Source: Schizochytrium sp. TIO01
Lineage: Eukaryota; Protista; Bigyra: Labyrinthulomycetes
Assembly: GCA_004764695.1 (NCBI GenBank)
Contig: SMSO01000014.1
Coordinates: 2,971,648 to 3,035,647 of the forward strand
Reading direction: 5' to 3'
DNA: 64,000 nucleotides
Of the stretch, positions 12,551 through 26,224 are shown piece after piece. The translations under genes and the position numbers were made by a program. The notes beneath the pieces were generated by a model that worked only from the letters and a program-made list of their open reading frames with translations, searched no databases and had not been told where the DNA came from. Each line of letters opens with the position of its first letter. Within the stretch, counting starts at the first letter, position 1.

Positions 12551-15500
12551 TTAACGGCGTCTCAGGTAAGGACCTCTCTCGCGGAAGACCTCCTTGAGGC
12601 GAATATCGCCTACACGGATTGCAGTATCAAAAAGATCACTGAACTTGGATACAGAAAAGATCGGGTGGTTCTTCTTGTTAAAGTGAGAACGCGATGCCAA
12701 CGTGAGAATCTCAGACATATATTCCTGTGCTTCTTGCACAAAGTTTTCAAGCGCAAGTTCACGTGAAGAGCTCTGCTCTAACAATGGAGTTTGACGAGCT
12801 GGGGAAGACCGCCGCTTGAAAAGCATCGCAAGAGCCCCTCTCTTAAAAGAGCCGGAAGTGCGACTCTTGGCGGGGAAAGTCAGGGCAGAGACCTACCACG
12901 AGGAAGCTTGAAAACCTTAGACTTTTCCTTTTGCAAGGCGATACTAAGTTCTTCTAGATCTTGCTTTCGTGCCTTGACCCGCCAGCGTCCATACCGCCAA
13001 GCTTCAGCGTCATCCTGCCAAGCACATTCAAAAACAAACAGCTTTATCTCCAGGCCGTCGATAGATATTTCGGTTGCGATCTCGTTTTTAATTCGAAGGA
13101 AAAACGAGCCATGCTGGAATGGGAGGGGCTCGCCAAGCCACACCTCTTTTTCAGGCCGAATGAGCACGCTGCTATCATCAATTGTGCTGTCACCTTCATA
13201 TTCCGAGCCTTGCGAAGAGATCTCCGAATTGCGGCGCTCCAGAGCATAATTCATATCCTTCACCATTCTCGCCATTTCTTCGGGTGTAATAATCTCCTGA
13301 TTCAACAAGACCCTTAAGAACCTCAAGCTGTTTTCTGGCAGACTCAGTCGGGGCATCCATCTCCTTCGGATTAATTTCTAGCATAAGACCTGCGTGGGTG
13401 CTCTTTTTACGAAGCGGTTGTGGTGGGGCATCTCCATTCTCCACGCGCTCCTTTCGATTAATATTATGCTCCAACTCCTCCTCCGCAGCCAACACACGCT
13501 GACTTGTCATTCTAGAAAGGTTTGCATGGTATTCATCAGTGCTGTTCTTCAGCTGCTGGTAGGCAGGATGCTGTTCAAATTTCTTACGCGTTGCAGGGTC
13601 AAGAAATGCGGCCGGTGCGCCATCAACTAAGCCTTTGACAACACCCGAAGCGGCCAATTTGGCATTTTTGAGACCACCTCCGATAGAGTCACTGATCTCT
13701 GCCCAGTATTTGGAGGCGTTAGCTCTGAGTTCCTCATTACGCTGGCGACGGATTTCATACTCTGCTTGCTCCTGCTCGAACTGCCGCTCATACTTTTCGC
13801 GGATCTCAGCACGGCGTTGGTCATCAACCTCCTCACCGCTGGCCTCAAGCTCATCAACTTCACGAGCAGTCGCCCGAAGTGCGTCTTCGTACACCTCTTT
13901 CGAAATTCGATCTAAGCGTTCTTCATCAGTTTCATCGTCAACATCAGGTCCAGCATGTGTCGTAACTCCAACGAGGTCTTCAGCTTCGTTCAAATCTTCG
14001 CTGTCTGCGTGGTCGTCATCATCATCAGGCTCGTATGCACCCATACGCATAGTCGCGACCCGAGTCGGTGTACGCATTTTCTTTGATCGACTTGATGATA
14101 CGCTTGCCGGAATCGATTTCACATCCTGGTACACAAACTCATGATCCGGATCATCGTCATCGTCATCACGGGCCGCGCGCTGCTCTGCGATGATTGTCTT
14201 ATGGCGAGTGAGCGCTTCTCTAATTCTGCGGACCTCGTCCTGGGCAGCACGCTCCATCTCAGCCTCCAAGGCCTGGCGCTCCTCTTCTTCACGCTGGCGA
14301 CGCTCTTCCTCTTCGCGCTGGCGGCGCTCTTCCTCTTCACGCTGGCGGCGCTCTTCCTCTTCAGCCTCTTGCTTAGAGCGTTTCATCTTTCGCAAGATAG
14401 CCTGCGCCTTCCACATGCGGTAGTTCTTCTGGATACAGATGGCAGCAGCACGACGCTCCTGAAATAAATGCACAACGAAGTACTGTCGGGCCAAGTAGTT
14501 GACGGCAGCATGACGAAACTTCATTCGGGAGTAATACAGGCGGAAACGCTGGACCACGGAGTTCTTCTTTTCGACCACATCTGGGTCCGTTGAGGTGACC
14601 CACAGGCCAGCTTCCTGCAGAACTTTGTCAAGGCTCGACAACTCACCAGCTTTGAAAAATACTCGAGTGTGACCGAGCTTGAACGTATTACGGGGAATTT
14701 CAAAAGCCCAAAAGAGCGCTGTAACAAACATTTTGCTATCAATTTCACCATTACCTGCTAGTTTCGCACGATGAATCGCATCTTCTGGAAGTACCGACTT
14801 GTAAGTATCCACGAGCGACGAATAAGCGATCCGGGTGGGAAGACCACTTCGTAAAACAACAGCAGTTTGCGGGATGCTTAGATGCTTAAGCTGATGCCCC
14901 ACATATGCCCTATCAAACCAGGAGTCACTTTTGCCGCGCTTCATTTCTGCGTTTGGTTTCACACATCGAATAAAGGAGCACGCTGTTGCATCCAAAGTAC
15001 CGGTAAGTTCAATAATCTGCGACCGGAATGCACGGACAATCGAGCGAACGTTGCGTTTGCCATTTCCACTCTTTGCCGCTTCCTTCACTCGTGTCTCAAA
15101 TTCCTCCGCCAAAATTGGCGAGGAAGACCCGGCAAAAAGGTCGTTGGCCTCCTTTGGCAAAGCATCATTGTTCTTGACCAGAAACTTATCCACAGTGTAC
15201 ACAACTGCTCCCGCATAGTGACGAATACGGAAGCGTTCATGGGCATATTGCGGATGAATTTTTGGGTTGTTGTAGCATGGATGTTTAGCGAACTTTTTAT
15301 TATAGACTTTCAGGAGCTTTGTATCGCTGGGGTCCATAGCACGACATTGGTCATCAAGATCCATGAGAATGGAGTCTTTGTTTTGACGAGTGGGGTCATC
15401 TGTACCAGGATTTTTCAGTTTACCAGCGAGAAGCTCCATCGCCGGCTCATTTCCAGGTGGTAAATTCATCGTTTGATCAATGATCAGACCCTCACGCTCA

Positions 15501-17113
15501 TAGAGAGACAGTTCAGCTTCGAAGACTTTCTTATTAAAGGTAGCTTGCAAGCTCTCATTGGTATAGTTGATCAGAAGCTGCTCAAAGCCATTGCGTCGAA
15601 AGGATTCAAAACCAAAAATATCGAGTACGCCAATAAATGGCAAGTCATTCGGGTTCACAGAGCCCGCTGTTTCATCAAGCGCCATGTTAATTTTGTTGAC
15701 AATGTGGTCAAACAAGGCGCTATACAAACCTTTAGCAACAGCGTCACGTGCAAAGGAAGCCGAGTTTGCGTTCAGCGGGGTAACAATATCGCCGTCACGC
15801 ATCGATAAAATACGCTGGATTAGCAAGCGCTCAAGCGACCCTTCTTCAATGCCAAGCATTTCTGCAGCGGCGCCGAGCGGATCGTAACTCCCATTGAGAG
15901 AAATCACCTTAGCAATGTCACCTTCGGCAGCCTCTTCGTCTCGGAACGAGATATTACCCAAATGTAAGACACCTGCAAGAACACGCCAGATGGCGTCACA
16001 CTCAGATGCGTTAAATCCCAACGCATCAAGAGCATCCACGAGTTCCTCAAATCGCTTGCTATCTGTCTTGTGCATTTCGTCTTCAAAAGCACGAGGGCTA
16101 AAGTCTGAAGAGTTTGTACCGCGGTCAGGAGAAAGATAACGAAATCCAACGTTGCTCTTCGCTTGTTCAAGGCCTAGCTCAGAAAGCATATTTCCATCCA
16201 TGCCTGCCAGCATAAGATAGAAACAGTGATAGTTTCGTTCACCTTCTTCGTGGATTGTGACACGAGATCTCTCAAGAAGGTACGTTTTGACGGAGGCGGC
16301 ACTAATTTTCCAGACAGCCGGTTCACCTCGAGGGGAATCGATTTGTTCAAAGTGCAGCTTCATGAATTTACCGAAACGTGATGAATTGCCATTACGCAGA
16401 GTAGATGCATTACCAAAGGCTTCAGTGATTGGGTTAGAGTCCAGCAGACGCTGATCGATTGCTGTGAGTTTATCTGAGGCCTGTAGGTTAAGTGTTCTCT
16501 GTACTAAGTGGTGAAGAACCATCTTACTGGACTCTGTCTTTCCAGCACCACTTTCGCCAGATGTAACTACACTCTGATTGATGATTGAGTCATTATCAAC
16601 ATGGTGTTTACGGTTGTCTCCCGCAAAAGACATCTGCTGAAAGGCGAACTCCGCGACAGCAAACGGGTGTGGTGTATTCGCGGCACTCCGTGAGCCTAGT
16701 GCGCCTTCTGGATCTGGAATGTGTTTTAGAGGGTTGACTGCTACAAGAATGTTGCCCATAAATGTGTAAGGCTGGTCGTCATAGGCACGCTGTTCAAGGT
16801 TATACAGCATGCACGGCTCGTTAATGTGATGTAAAGAGGTCATATCAGATTCCACTGTATGGTTGCGCGGTAAGAGAGCCCGCTGACGAACGTCAATCTG
16901 TTCGATGCTCCGCTTGTTTTCAAGTCGAACCGTCGCAAAGATACCAGCCTGAGACAAAACTTTACAGGGAATCCAATCATGGTCGATCTCTGGATTGCTA
17001 ACCCACGCATCTTCGTTTGGCGCGAAAATATACATGATTTGATTTTTATCCGCATCGTCAGCGTCTGTCTTTCGAGGCTTGCGGCCGCTTAGCCGAGCCA
17101 AACTTTTCCGCAT
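12551..17113 (-). CDS. Unconventional myosin: motor, IQ, ER-rich single alpha helix, acidic linker, SHOCT-like and PX-like tail; two apparent frame breaks near 13294 and 12872-12885
   Basis: P-loop GESGAGKTES, switch I NSSRFGKF, switch II DIFGFE, IQ AAICIQKNYRMW and EEERRQRE repeats. The tail continues into ORFs 12880-13356 and 12551-12826 after small indels. Confidence 0.9.
14277..14362 (-). repeat. 24-bp coding tandem repeat (EEERRQRE, about 3.5 copies; SAH segment of the myosin)
   Basis: The unit ctcttcctcttcacgctggcggcg repeats with minor variation. Confidence 0.9.
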
Positions 17114-20100
17114 GATTCAAAGCCTGAAGAGTCTTCTGTACTATTTGGATCTTATCGAGATAGTTCTGCAAGATCGCTTGCAGAGACGCAGGCCTCTGCT
17201 CAGCAAAAAATGTTTGGGTTTTGCTCGCTACCTTGGTTTCAAGATGCACAACACTGATACGAGACACGGTATATCTAGCACGCTCGTTTGGGAAGCTTCG
17301 ATGGTATAGTGAAGAGCCGCCGCTCAGAGTGCGTACTGACTATGATTTTCTCAAATGAAAAGCCTTGCTGAAGGTACGTGTAGGTAGGTATCTGCGTACT
17401 GATTTGTGCAATCTGTGCAAGCAAATCTGCTCACTATCCTATACTGAGACAGAAGTATTCTTATTCTTTCGAACAAACGAAAATAATTGACGCTATTCCT
17501 GCCAAACTGCGAGCGAGCGAATAAATGAGTGAGCGAGGGAGGAGCGAGCTCAGAAGTATGGATTTCAGGCCGCCAAAGGCTGCTTGAACCACGATACTAC
17601 AATAAGAATCCAGAGCCCCAACTTGCAATCCTACTCCGTCAGTTTCTATGGTCGTTCTCCACAAGCTCACGGCAGGTCAAGCCCACCGCCACGAATATAA
17701 TTTGGTATGACTGCACACACGTCCACGGGGCCTTTCGACTATGCGTTCTACACAAAGTCTCTTTTAAAGGTTACCAACGAGCGCTATTTGTTGCGCTAGA
17801 GTTGGTATGGAGCGAGGGGATGCAGCGAGCGCTTTGTAGAAGATGTTTTGTCCACAACGACGACACGCAGACAATATGGAAAACAGCGAGCTCCACGCTA
17901 TCTTCGTGTAGAATAGCCCTATCGCTTGACACGCGCGCGCGGATAATAAACTGTTTGTAAAGGCAGAAAGGAACTTGATATTGGGAAATGCAACGTGAGA
18001 CAGCGCCTGCACGTACGGCCGAGACCTGCACGCGCCAGACACTCTAGACTGGCGACACCAGCAGGGTGGCGTGTTTGCGCGACTGCAGGCAGAATACTCC
18101 ACCCGACCTGCGTTGAACTTATGCAGGGCACCACTCAAGAGAAGTTCCGATGGGTATTGATTGCTCGATCGACTGACAGACCGACTAAAATCATCAAGTT
18201 TTATTTACATTTTCAACAGGGTCTTTTAAATAAAATAAAATAATAATAACACCTCGTTCTCTATAGGGAGTCTTAAATAACTCTTATCCATCCTTGCAAT
18301 AAAAAGTATTCCAATTTTTATTATATTTTTAACTTTATTTTAAATTTAAAATATAACATAAAAGTACTAAGTGTTTTCATTGATCATATTTTGGTTAGTA
18401 AAGCAGTGGCTGCACGTGGGGAGATTCTATTTTATACTGTAGAAGAAAGCTATACTTCATAGTCCATACCATTCTTACAGAAGGGTATTTTTTTAATCTA
18501 CTGTGGAGGAGGTGCCCTATACAATGAAGAAAAGGTGGCAAGGGCAAAGGGTGTGTACAAGGCTTTCCAGCAGCGGTCTTCGCGCTGGCCTCCTCCTCCT
18601 CCTCCTCCTCCTATTGCTGTTCTTTGAAACCTTCTCTATCCAGTTGCTGTGCCGCCTCATGAGCTGCTCAGCTGCCTCATCAGCTCCCTGCTGATTCTCT
18701 TCTCTGCTCCCGGTGACGGTGGCATCGAAATGGAGATAGCCACGTGAGGGCGAGGGATGCGGCACGTGCACGCTATTAGGTGCACTTCAGTAATTTACTC
18801 TCTTTTTTCATTTTCTTTTTTTGCAATGATTATATTCAAAACCTCGAGGTTTATGTTGCTAAAAATGTTTTAAAAGAACTTTTTTATTTTGAAAAATAAA
18901 ATTAAAAAGAAATTGATAGCTGCTGGACTAAAGAAAAGTTTAGCACTCAGTGAGGGATGCATTTCTTGAAAGTGGGTGAGGGCACTGAGTTAAAGAACTG
19001 AAGGAAATCGACGTTCTGATATATCATGCAAGTGGGAGATGCATAAGTTATCGAAAGCCAATGGAAGGTGGGTGAGCGTCTGGCTTCTCGTTACTTCGTC
19101 TTGAGCAGCGCCGGAATAACTCAGAAAAGCCAGGTCTTGCAGTTGGTTTGCACAGAAGGTGCCCTGGAACTTAAGCCCAATCGCTTTAAAATAAAGGCAT
19201 TCTCTGTTATTTGAGCTTCCTGATTCACGAGTTCTTTACTCAGGACATGCCGCCTTGCACGGTGTGTACATGTGTATGGAGGTAGGTACTAATGTCAACG
19301 TAGTACACAACTTTAGAATTGAAATAAAGGATAGTGAGCTCTGTGGTCCTATGGGCGACGAACTTCAAGATTATTTATCATGCGCTAACTCGAAAATGAA
19401 CTTGAACTTGGGACCGGCTTGCAAAGACGGACGAAAATGAGTTGAGTAGTAGACATAGTTTGGGCAAACCTCGGTTGTCTCGTCTTGGAAAGCTTTCAGT
19501 CAAAACAGGGGTGGTCTTTAGGACTCAAGCAAAAGCGATGATGGTGGCCCTGGTAATAAATTCGACGACGTCAAGGCTTCAGATAGAAAAAAAACATAGT
19601 GCTAGGGTGGGGCAACATCTTTTCTCTCTTCACTAGGCCTCTTCTTCTTTTCAAGTATTTAAGGAAGGCGCACTGTGACGATGTAACGTTTCAGAACACA
19701 ATCGAAGGTTCTGCTAGTTTCAATGATATCCTCATTGTCAACAAGGAAACCTTCAACGACGACGAAGATGCACGGAACTCTTTGAACGGCCTCATTGGCG
19801 AGTCTTGTACACTCAATTAGGTATAACACGTGTTTCCCAATCTGCAAACTGCGAGGCAGTTGAAATCCCGCGTAATTAGATAAAGAGTAATGTCTTCAGC
19901 AAATAAAGACATCTACTCTACAAGCAGGTAGGTGCCTGCCTTTCTACTGGCAAAGTACGAGGTAAACTATGGTTCTCACTATTCCACCTTTTCCACCATG
20001 CACGTTCCGGGTTATGGAGCGCGCTTTCATCATCGTGATGTAAACTAAGAGAAAGTCCATGGAATACTTCAAGTATTCGCGATATCTACCATCAATACTA

Positions 20101-23100
20101 GGTCTGCTAGGTGTGACAAGGAACACAACTATGGTATCATCCTTTCCATTGTGAGAGCGAGCGCTCATCAGCGCTCGTCAGAAGGTACTCCGTTTCAATC
20201 CTTTGACTTGGCAAAAACTAAACCAAAACATGCACTTGAGATACTAATCCCCCAACTCTCTTCTCTGCTCTGCTCTTCACTTCACGTTTCGTCACGTTTC
20301 CGTGTAAAGATCCACTATGGACAGTGGCAACGAAGACCAGAACTTAATGTCGGTCATAAATGTCTATCTGACAGCACAACGTTTCGTTCCTAGTAATCTT
20401 TTGCTGATGTCGAAAAGTAGGAGGAGCAGATGGCGGTCTTGACACTGACACATTCGTGGATCACCTCAAGACGCTCCAAGATCTCTAGCTGGAATTAAAT
20501 GTTTGTCAAAGGCTGTGCACCATAACAAGCCAAAGGCGAACGGCCTCAGGAAGTTTAATGATGGTAGCCTGGTGCAGTCGGACGGTCGTCATTGCCGAAT
20601 CAATGTCAGGGCACGTTCACGTTCACGTTCACGTGATGATACTAATCGCTAATTTCGATTTAAGAGAACGGGAGCATGAACGGGAACGCGGTCGTAGTCG
20701 AGTTGATCGTGGTCGCAATGAACGCTGGCGTTACAGGGATTGTGACAAGGTGGTTCATCAGAAAGGAGAGGAGTTTAATTGGCATGACGCGAGCTATGAT
20801 AGACTCGATTACATAATAAGAGTCCGTTCCATTGATCATAATGTCTGGGTCAATGCTTTCTGCAGGTTTAACTTGTGTAAAGACGAGAAATGCACAAATG
20901 CATTTTTTTCCCGAAGACTGAGGCGCTCAATGTCAAACAATGCAGTGTTTTCAACATCAAATGGTGCACTAGTTGTGCATACGAGTGCAGTATGATGGTC
21001 GGCCTGCTGGCGTTCCAGGTACGGGATCTCCTTCAATCGTGATGGGGATGTTCATTTCTGGACGCCACCTTCGCTAGGGGGGGGCATGGACGTCTTCACG
21101 ATCGACTTGCGTTGGAATGAGGATACAAGAAGATCCACGAACTGGCGCACGCATACTACAACGCCCTTTGTAAAGATCACCTTCATGATTCCAGATTTTG
21201 CCAAAACCATGCTTCACACTCTCCCAATCTTGGGAGAGTGCGCAGAGTGATCCTCACTGACGGGTGAATGAATCTCCCCTACGAGCAACGTAGCTCATAT
21301 ACAGAGGGATCGTTCGTGCATGAACGCACGCAAGCCATATTTTGAAGATGTCAATTATGAGTATAATCGATGCATCCCAGATCTCAGAAGTTGTGAACTA
21401 CAATCTGCGCCATGACGATGGCTAGCCATGATTTATTTTGTTGTTCGATCAATTTCTGCACTCACTAGCGACATGCAACACCTATTGATCCTTCAAATTG
21501 GGTAGAGATCCAGGCCAAAGCAATCACTCATTTGATCAATTTCTTACCATATCAATTAATGTACCTGCTATTATCAATTACTATACAATTTCATGACGCC
21601 TTTCTTGGTTGATAAAAGTTGTATTTATCTACAACCATAAGTTATTTTTGTGCGGTCTTTCTATAAAGAATTTTCGATCATGCGTCGCTATGTCCACCGC
21701 CAAAATGTCCTGCGCGCCTAAGATTGGACAACACGTTGATGGTTTTAACCATCTAGTCCCAGTATTTCCCTTCGGCACATCTCAATCTCCACGTATGAGA
21801 TAATCAGCGTACGCAATGTCTTGTCCAGGACGTGAAAGACATCTTCGAAGATGTAAACCATGTAAAGACCCAGGAGGAAGACAATTCCATATCGACAACC
21901 CTGAAAAGGTGCATACTCCGAACATCAATTATGATTGGAGATCAGGGTAAGACTCTTTATCGGGCAAATGCGGAAAGTTTCGGTAGATAGTGGGGAAATA
22001 AAGTTAGTCAATAATAATCGTACAATACACTCCATCGCCGAACTTGTTGCCGCCTCAAAATGTACGGCATTAGTGGTGCCCCAGCTAGGTAGTCTAGTGT
22101 GGAGTTTCCCAACCTTATCTACTTGTAGACTTACATTTTACCCCCCTTGAGTTTCCTGGAGCAAGAGCTTCAAGCAGCACCACGGGGGCTTTGCAAAAGT
22201 TTTGCGTTTGCCCGAAGTGCCGCCCTGGAGCCTCAGCCTGTTCTCTGTATCTTCAGAACCGATTAATTGATTGATTGTTTGATTGATCAAATGCTTGACT
22301 GATTCCTTGATTCCTTGATTCTACCGTATGAATTTCTGCATTGCCGGAGACTTCAGCGTCTCCATCCTTCCGTACCAAAGAACGATCGCTCGCAAAGAAT
22401 CCTTCGACGGGCCTTCTGCCCGGGTGCCAGCTTCCTTCCCTCCGCTTCAAAGGATGATCGTGATGTACTTTGTTTTGTTTCAGGTTTGATTGATTTCCCA
22501 TACTCATCGTAGAGGCTGCCACTGCTAGCCCCTTGATAGTCCTTACTGCTAGAAGTGCTGGACCCTGCATGCATGGTCCAGGTCCCTTCGGAGCATGTGC
22601 ATTCGCCATACTATATTTGACCATTGAAGTTGATGCATTCGATGCATTCGATGCACGCGATGAGTTGAGTGCATGAGATGCGCCCGATGGACTTGCGAAG
22701 CCTGAGGCTGCAGTAAGACTTCTTGGCGAGGTATGATATTCGTAATAGGCTGCGTGCATTGATCTATTGATTGATTGATTGATTGATTGGGTCCGCTTAA
22801 TCGTGCATGCATGGGAGGAGTACTTTTGATGACGGATTGCTTTATTGAATGATTGAGCTTGAAGAAGGCAGTGGGATGCAGTGAAGCTGAAAGGAATGGG
22901 AGAGGAGTGGGGATACTGGTGAGTCCTCGAGCACGTAGATAGACATGTCGGGGTTGATGTAAACCTGCGCAATTGGTTTGGTTTCATGGGTTTTGGTATA
23001 TTGGTAGTTTTAGGTAAAGTCGAACTTTTATGGAATTTGTGGAATTTGTCGTTCGAATAAATCATGACTGAAAACCTCTGAAAGATCTCGAGCAATCCAA

Positions 23101-23718
23101 CAATCAGCTGCACTCGTCGATCACGGAGAAGAGTTTGCCTTGCTAGCTAGTTGCGACCACTCAGCGCTGAGACGTGGCAATCTCGCTTGCAGCTTTAGTT
23201 TCTGCGGTTGGTTTTCTAGTGGTCAGATCGGCATCTCCGCGGGAACCGGAACTTGGTGAGAGGCTTAGCTTTTGGGGCACAGAGCAGCAGAAGCAGCGCA
23301 GGCAGCAGTGTACTACAATTGTGCTAAACGAAGCAGACAGCGTCGAGAGAAGTTGATTCGTTTGTTCTCGCCTTTTCGCATCGACTGATCGCTGACTCGT
23401 GCATTCAATTATTCCATTATAATCTCGTGCATTCAATCATCAAGTCTCAACATTCGCGCGTTCATTGCTTGCGGGAAATACGACCGTTCCGACGTGGCTG
23501 GAGGATTCGCGACTGACGAAGATTGTGAATATCGAACAGCAGAACTTTGAGAGAAAGTCTTGGAATTTCACGAACTCTAAACTTGTTTTAGACAAAGGAG
23601 CAGCAGCGACAGCAGCGATACGATTGTCCAGAAGCAAACTCGAATCGTAAAGTCGACCAGCTCGTAGGTAAGGGGCTAGCCAGGTACCGCAGCTTCAAGC
23701 TTACATAACAAGTTGAAA

Positions 23719-24750
23719 ATGACAGGTATTGAGGTGAAGATTATGGCAATGCTTGCAATCATCATGGCTGTCATGACGGTGAGCACCCAAGCCCAGAGGG
23801 TGGTGCCTGCGACTGCCAAATCTACTACCGTATCTCCAAGGATTGTAGGTGGCTATATTGTAGATCCAAAGAACCGGCCCTGGATGGGTGCGGTGCTGCT
23901 CACACCAAGTGGATCGCAAACCTCCTCCCTTTGTGGATGCTCGTACATTGGAAGTGCTGACTCCTACCATTATATCTTGACTGCAGCTCATTGTATTCCA
24001 ACGAGCGGATCCTTTTCTGCAGCAGCCTACTTTCTCCAAAATGACCTTGCCTCGACAACTGACTCGGACGCAATTACGCTCACAAGCGGTGTTGATGTAA
24101 GTGTCCACCCAGACTTCACCGACAGCGACAACAACTTCTTGCAAAATGACCTCGCTATTATCTGGTTTTCAGACTCCGATGTTAACCTTCCGAGCCCAGC
24201 CACCCTCGCTTCTAGCAACTTTAGGGATCTGCAGGATGGAACTGAGGTTACCATCACAGGCTATGGCTCATTGCAGTACGAAGGCGACAACTCGGACCTA
24301 AACTTACGTCAAACTAATGTGAACATTGTTTCAACTTCAGAGTGCTCGTCAGATTACTCTGCTGGGTCACAGATTAATGAGGATATGCATATCTGCGCTG
24401 GGGCCTCTGGCCGGGACACCTGCCAGGGTGATTCAGGAGGCCCTTTAGTCTATAACATCACTGAGACTGATCAAGTTCAAATTGGAATCACGTCTTTTGG
24501 GTACGAATGTGCCGTCAATGGCTACCCAGGTGTCTACACTCGCGTTTCTTCTTATCAGTCTTGGATTGAAGATACAGTCACCTCTTCGGCAAGCACCAGC
24601 GATACCACGCTGCAGTTTTCTAATGGTGGTAACTCAACTTTAAGCCCTACTCCATCCCACGCCTCTCGCACTGGCGTCGCAAGCCCTTTCATTGGTGTGG
24701 TCTTTGTTGTGTCTAGCTTAGTGCTCTCCGCGCTTAGTGGTAGAACCTAA
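23719..24750 (+). CDS. Trypsin-like serine protease (S1A) with signal peptide and C-terminal hydrophobic tail
   Basis: R|IVGG activation site, catalytic TAAHC, NDLAI and GDSGGP, S1-pocket Asp in DTCQ, a Ser/Thr-rich stalk and a hydrophobic C-terminus. Confidence 0.95.
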   Translation: MTGIEVKIMAMLAIIMAVMTVSTQAQRVVPATAKSTTVSPRIVGGYIVDPKNRPWMGAVLLTPSGSQTSSLCGCSYIGSADSYHYILTAAHCIPTSGSFSAAAYFLQNDLASTTDSDAITLTSGVDVSVHPDFTDSDNNFLQNDLAIIWFSDSDVNLPSPATLASSNFRDLQDGTEVTITGYGSLQYEGDNSDLNLRQTNVNIVSTSECSSDYSAGSQINEDMHICAGASGRDTCQGDSGGPLVYNITETDQVQIGITSFGYECAVNGYPGVYTRVSSYQSWIEDTVTSSASTSDTTLQFSNGGNSTLSPTPSHASRTGVASPFIGVVFVVSSLVLSALSGRT

Positions 24751-25139
24751 GAAAGTAGTCCCAATATCGACTACAGTGTTTCAGGGTTGGCTTAGATTGC
24801 TGCTGCTTCTATTTGCGTTCATGTAGTTCGATTCTGATATGTATGCTCGGTGGCATTTAAAGTGAGAATGGTATTCAATAATTATGTGCTACCGGGAGAG
24901 CCGCCTTCTCTTTATAAACTTTAATTTTTAAAAAGGATATTATTACCATGATATCATGAAAAAATCTGTTATCTTTGTGTTTTGAAGTACACATGAACAT
25001 TGGCTTGCGTCGAGGTGTGCATTATTATCTGTATATTTGTTTCACAAACGTAGATGCGTTATGCACTACGTTAAGATTGGACGTATATCATAAAAAGAGC
25101 TTTCGTCTCATTCTGACTCAAATGCCTAAATGTGCCTTA

Positions 25140-26224
25140 TCACGGTTTTTGACCAAACGTATTTAATTTAGGTAGGGCTTCCTTCAGACCGTGGGGAATT
25201 GAATGAAGCTTATTGTTCGCCAAATTTACGCGACAAGGCGCTAACTCTGCAAGCTCTTCGGGAACAGAGGTCAGTTGATTGCCATTTAGGAGTAGAACCT
25301 CAAGGTTCTTAAGTTGCCCTAGAAGATGCGCTGGGAGGAAAATACTGAGTTTGTTCGAGCTCAGGTTTAATGACTTTAATGCAAGCAGAGACGCAAGCTC
25401 CTCTGGAAGCTCAGTGAGGTGATTTCCGCGCAAAATTAATGTCTCAAGCTTTGCCAAGCTGCCCACGCATGGTGGAATAGACATAAACTCGTTGTTATCC
25501 AAGGCTAAAACTCGAAGTTCAGGCCAACAGTTTGATTCTGTGCACGCCTCTGAAAACTCCTCAATTCTATTTCCAGATAAACGTAACACTCTTAACTTCT
25601 TGAGCGCTGCAAGTTCTGCAGGGACCTTTGTGAACATATTGTCGTCTACAACAACTTCCTCCAAAGACTTGAGCTCTGCAAAACCCTCACTCAGGTCACT
25701 AAGGTTATTTTTACCAAGATCCAAGTGAACCAATGATTCGCATCGAGCAAGTGCTTCAATTCCTGTCAACATAGCAACATCAATAATGTCAAATCCAGCT
25801 TGTAAGTAAATCGTTTGGAGTACGTCTTTTCTTTTGGTTTTATTTCCCTCCTCTAACTTACCACCTAATGACACAAGGTTGTTTCCATAGAGTGAGAGGT
25901 TAACAAGGTTGAGCATACAGTCCACTTGCTGAGGTCTGCAGAGAACAGGCCGGATACCTCCCATTGGGAATTCCTAATTTGACGCAAAGCATACAACGTA
26001 AACCTATCAGTCAGAACATACCCTGTTCTTATTGCAATTTTTTTGTATTAACCAGGCCCCTCTCGCTACAAGTTCAAAACCCTACAACACCTGTTAAGCC
26101 CAGTGTTTTCATTTGGGGTCATTTCATTAGAAATAAAAGTACGTACCGCAGACCGTCGTGCCAAGAACATGTCATGTCGAGGATCCTCCTCATCAACGAG
26201 GATCTCCTTGATCTTGCGTGTATC
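25140..26224 (-). CDS. Leucine-rich repeat protein. Exons 26147-26224, 25862-25973 and 25140-25762; first exon uncertain, possibly from ATG 26601
   Basis: Multiple LxxLxLxxNxL repeats. GT-AG introns 25763-25861 (GTAAGT..ACAG) and 25974-26146 (GTACGT..TTAG) join in frame: DTRKIKEIL...ARRSA|EFPMGG...VSLG|GIEAL. Confidence 0.8.
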
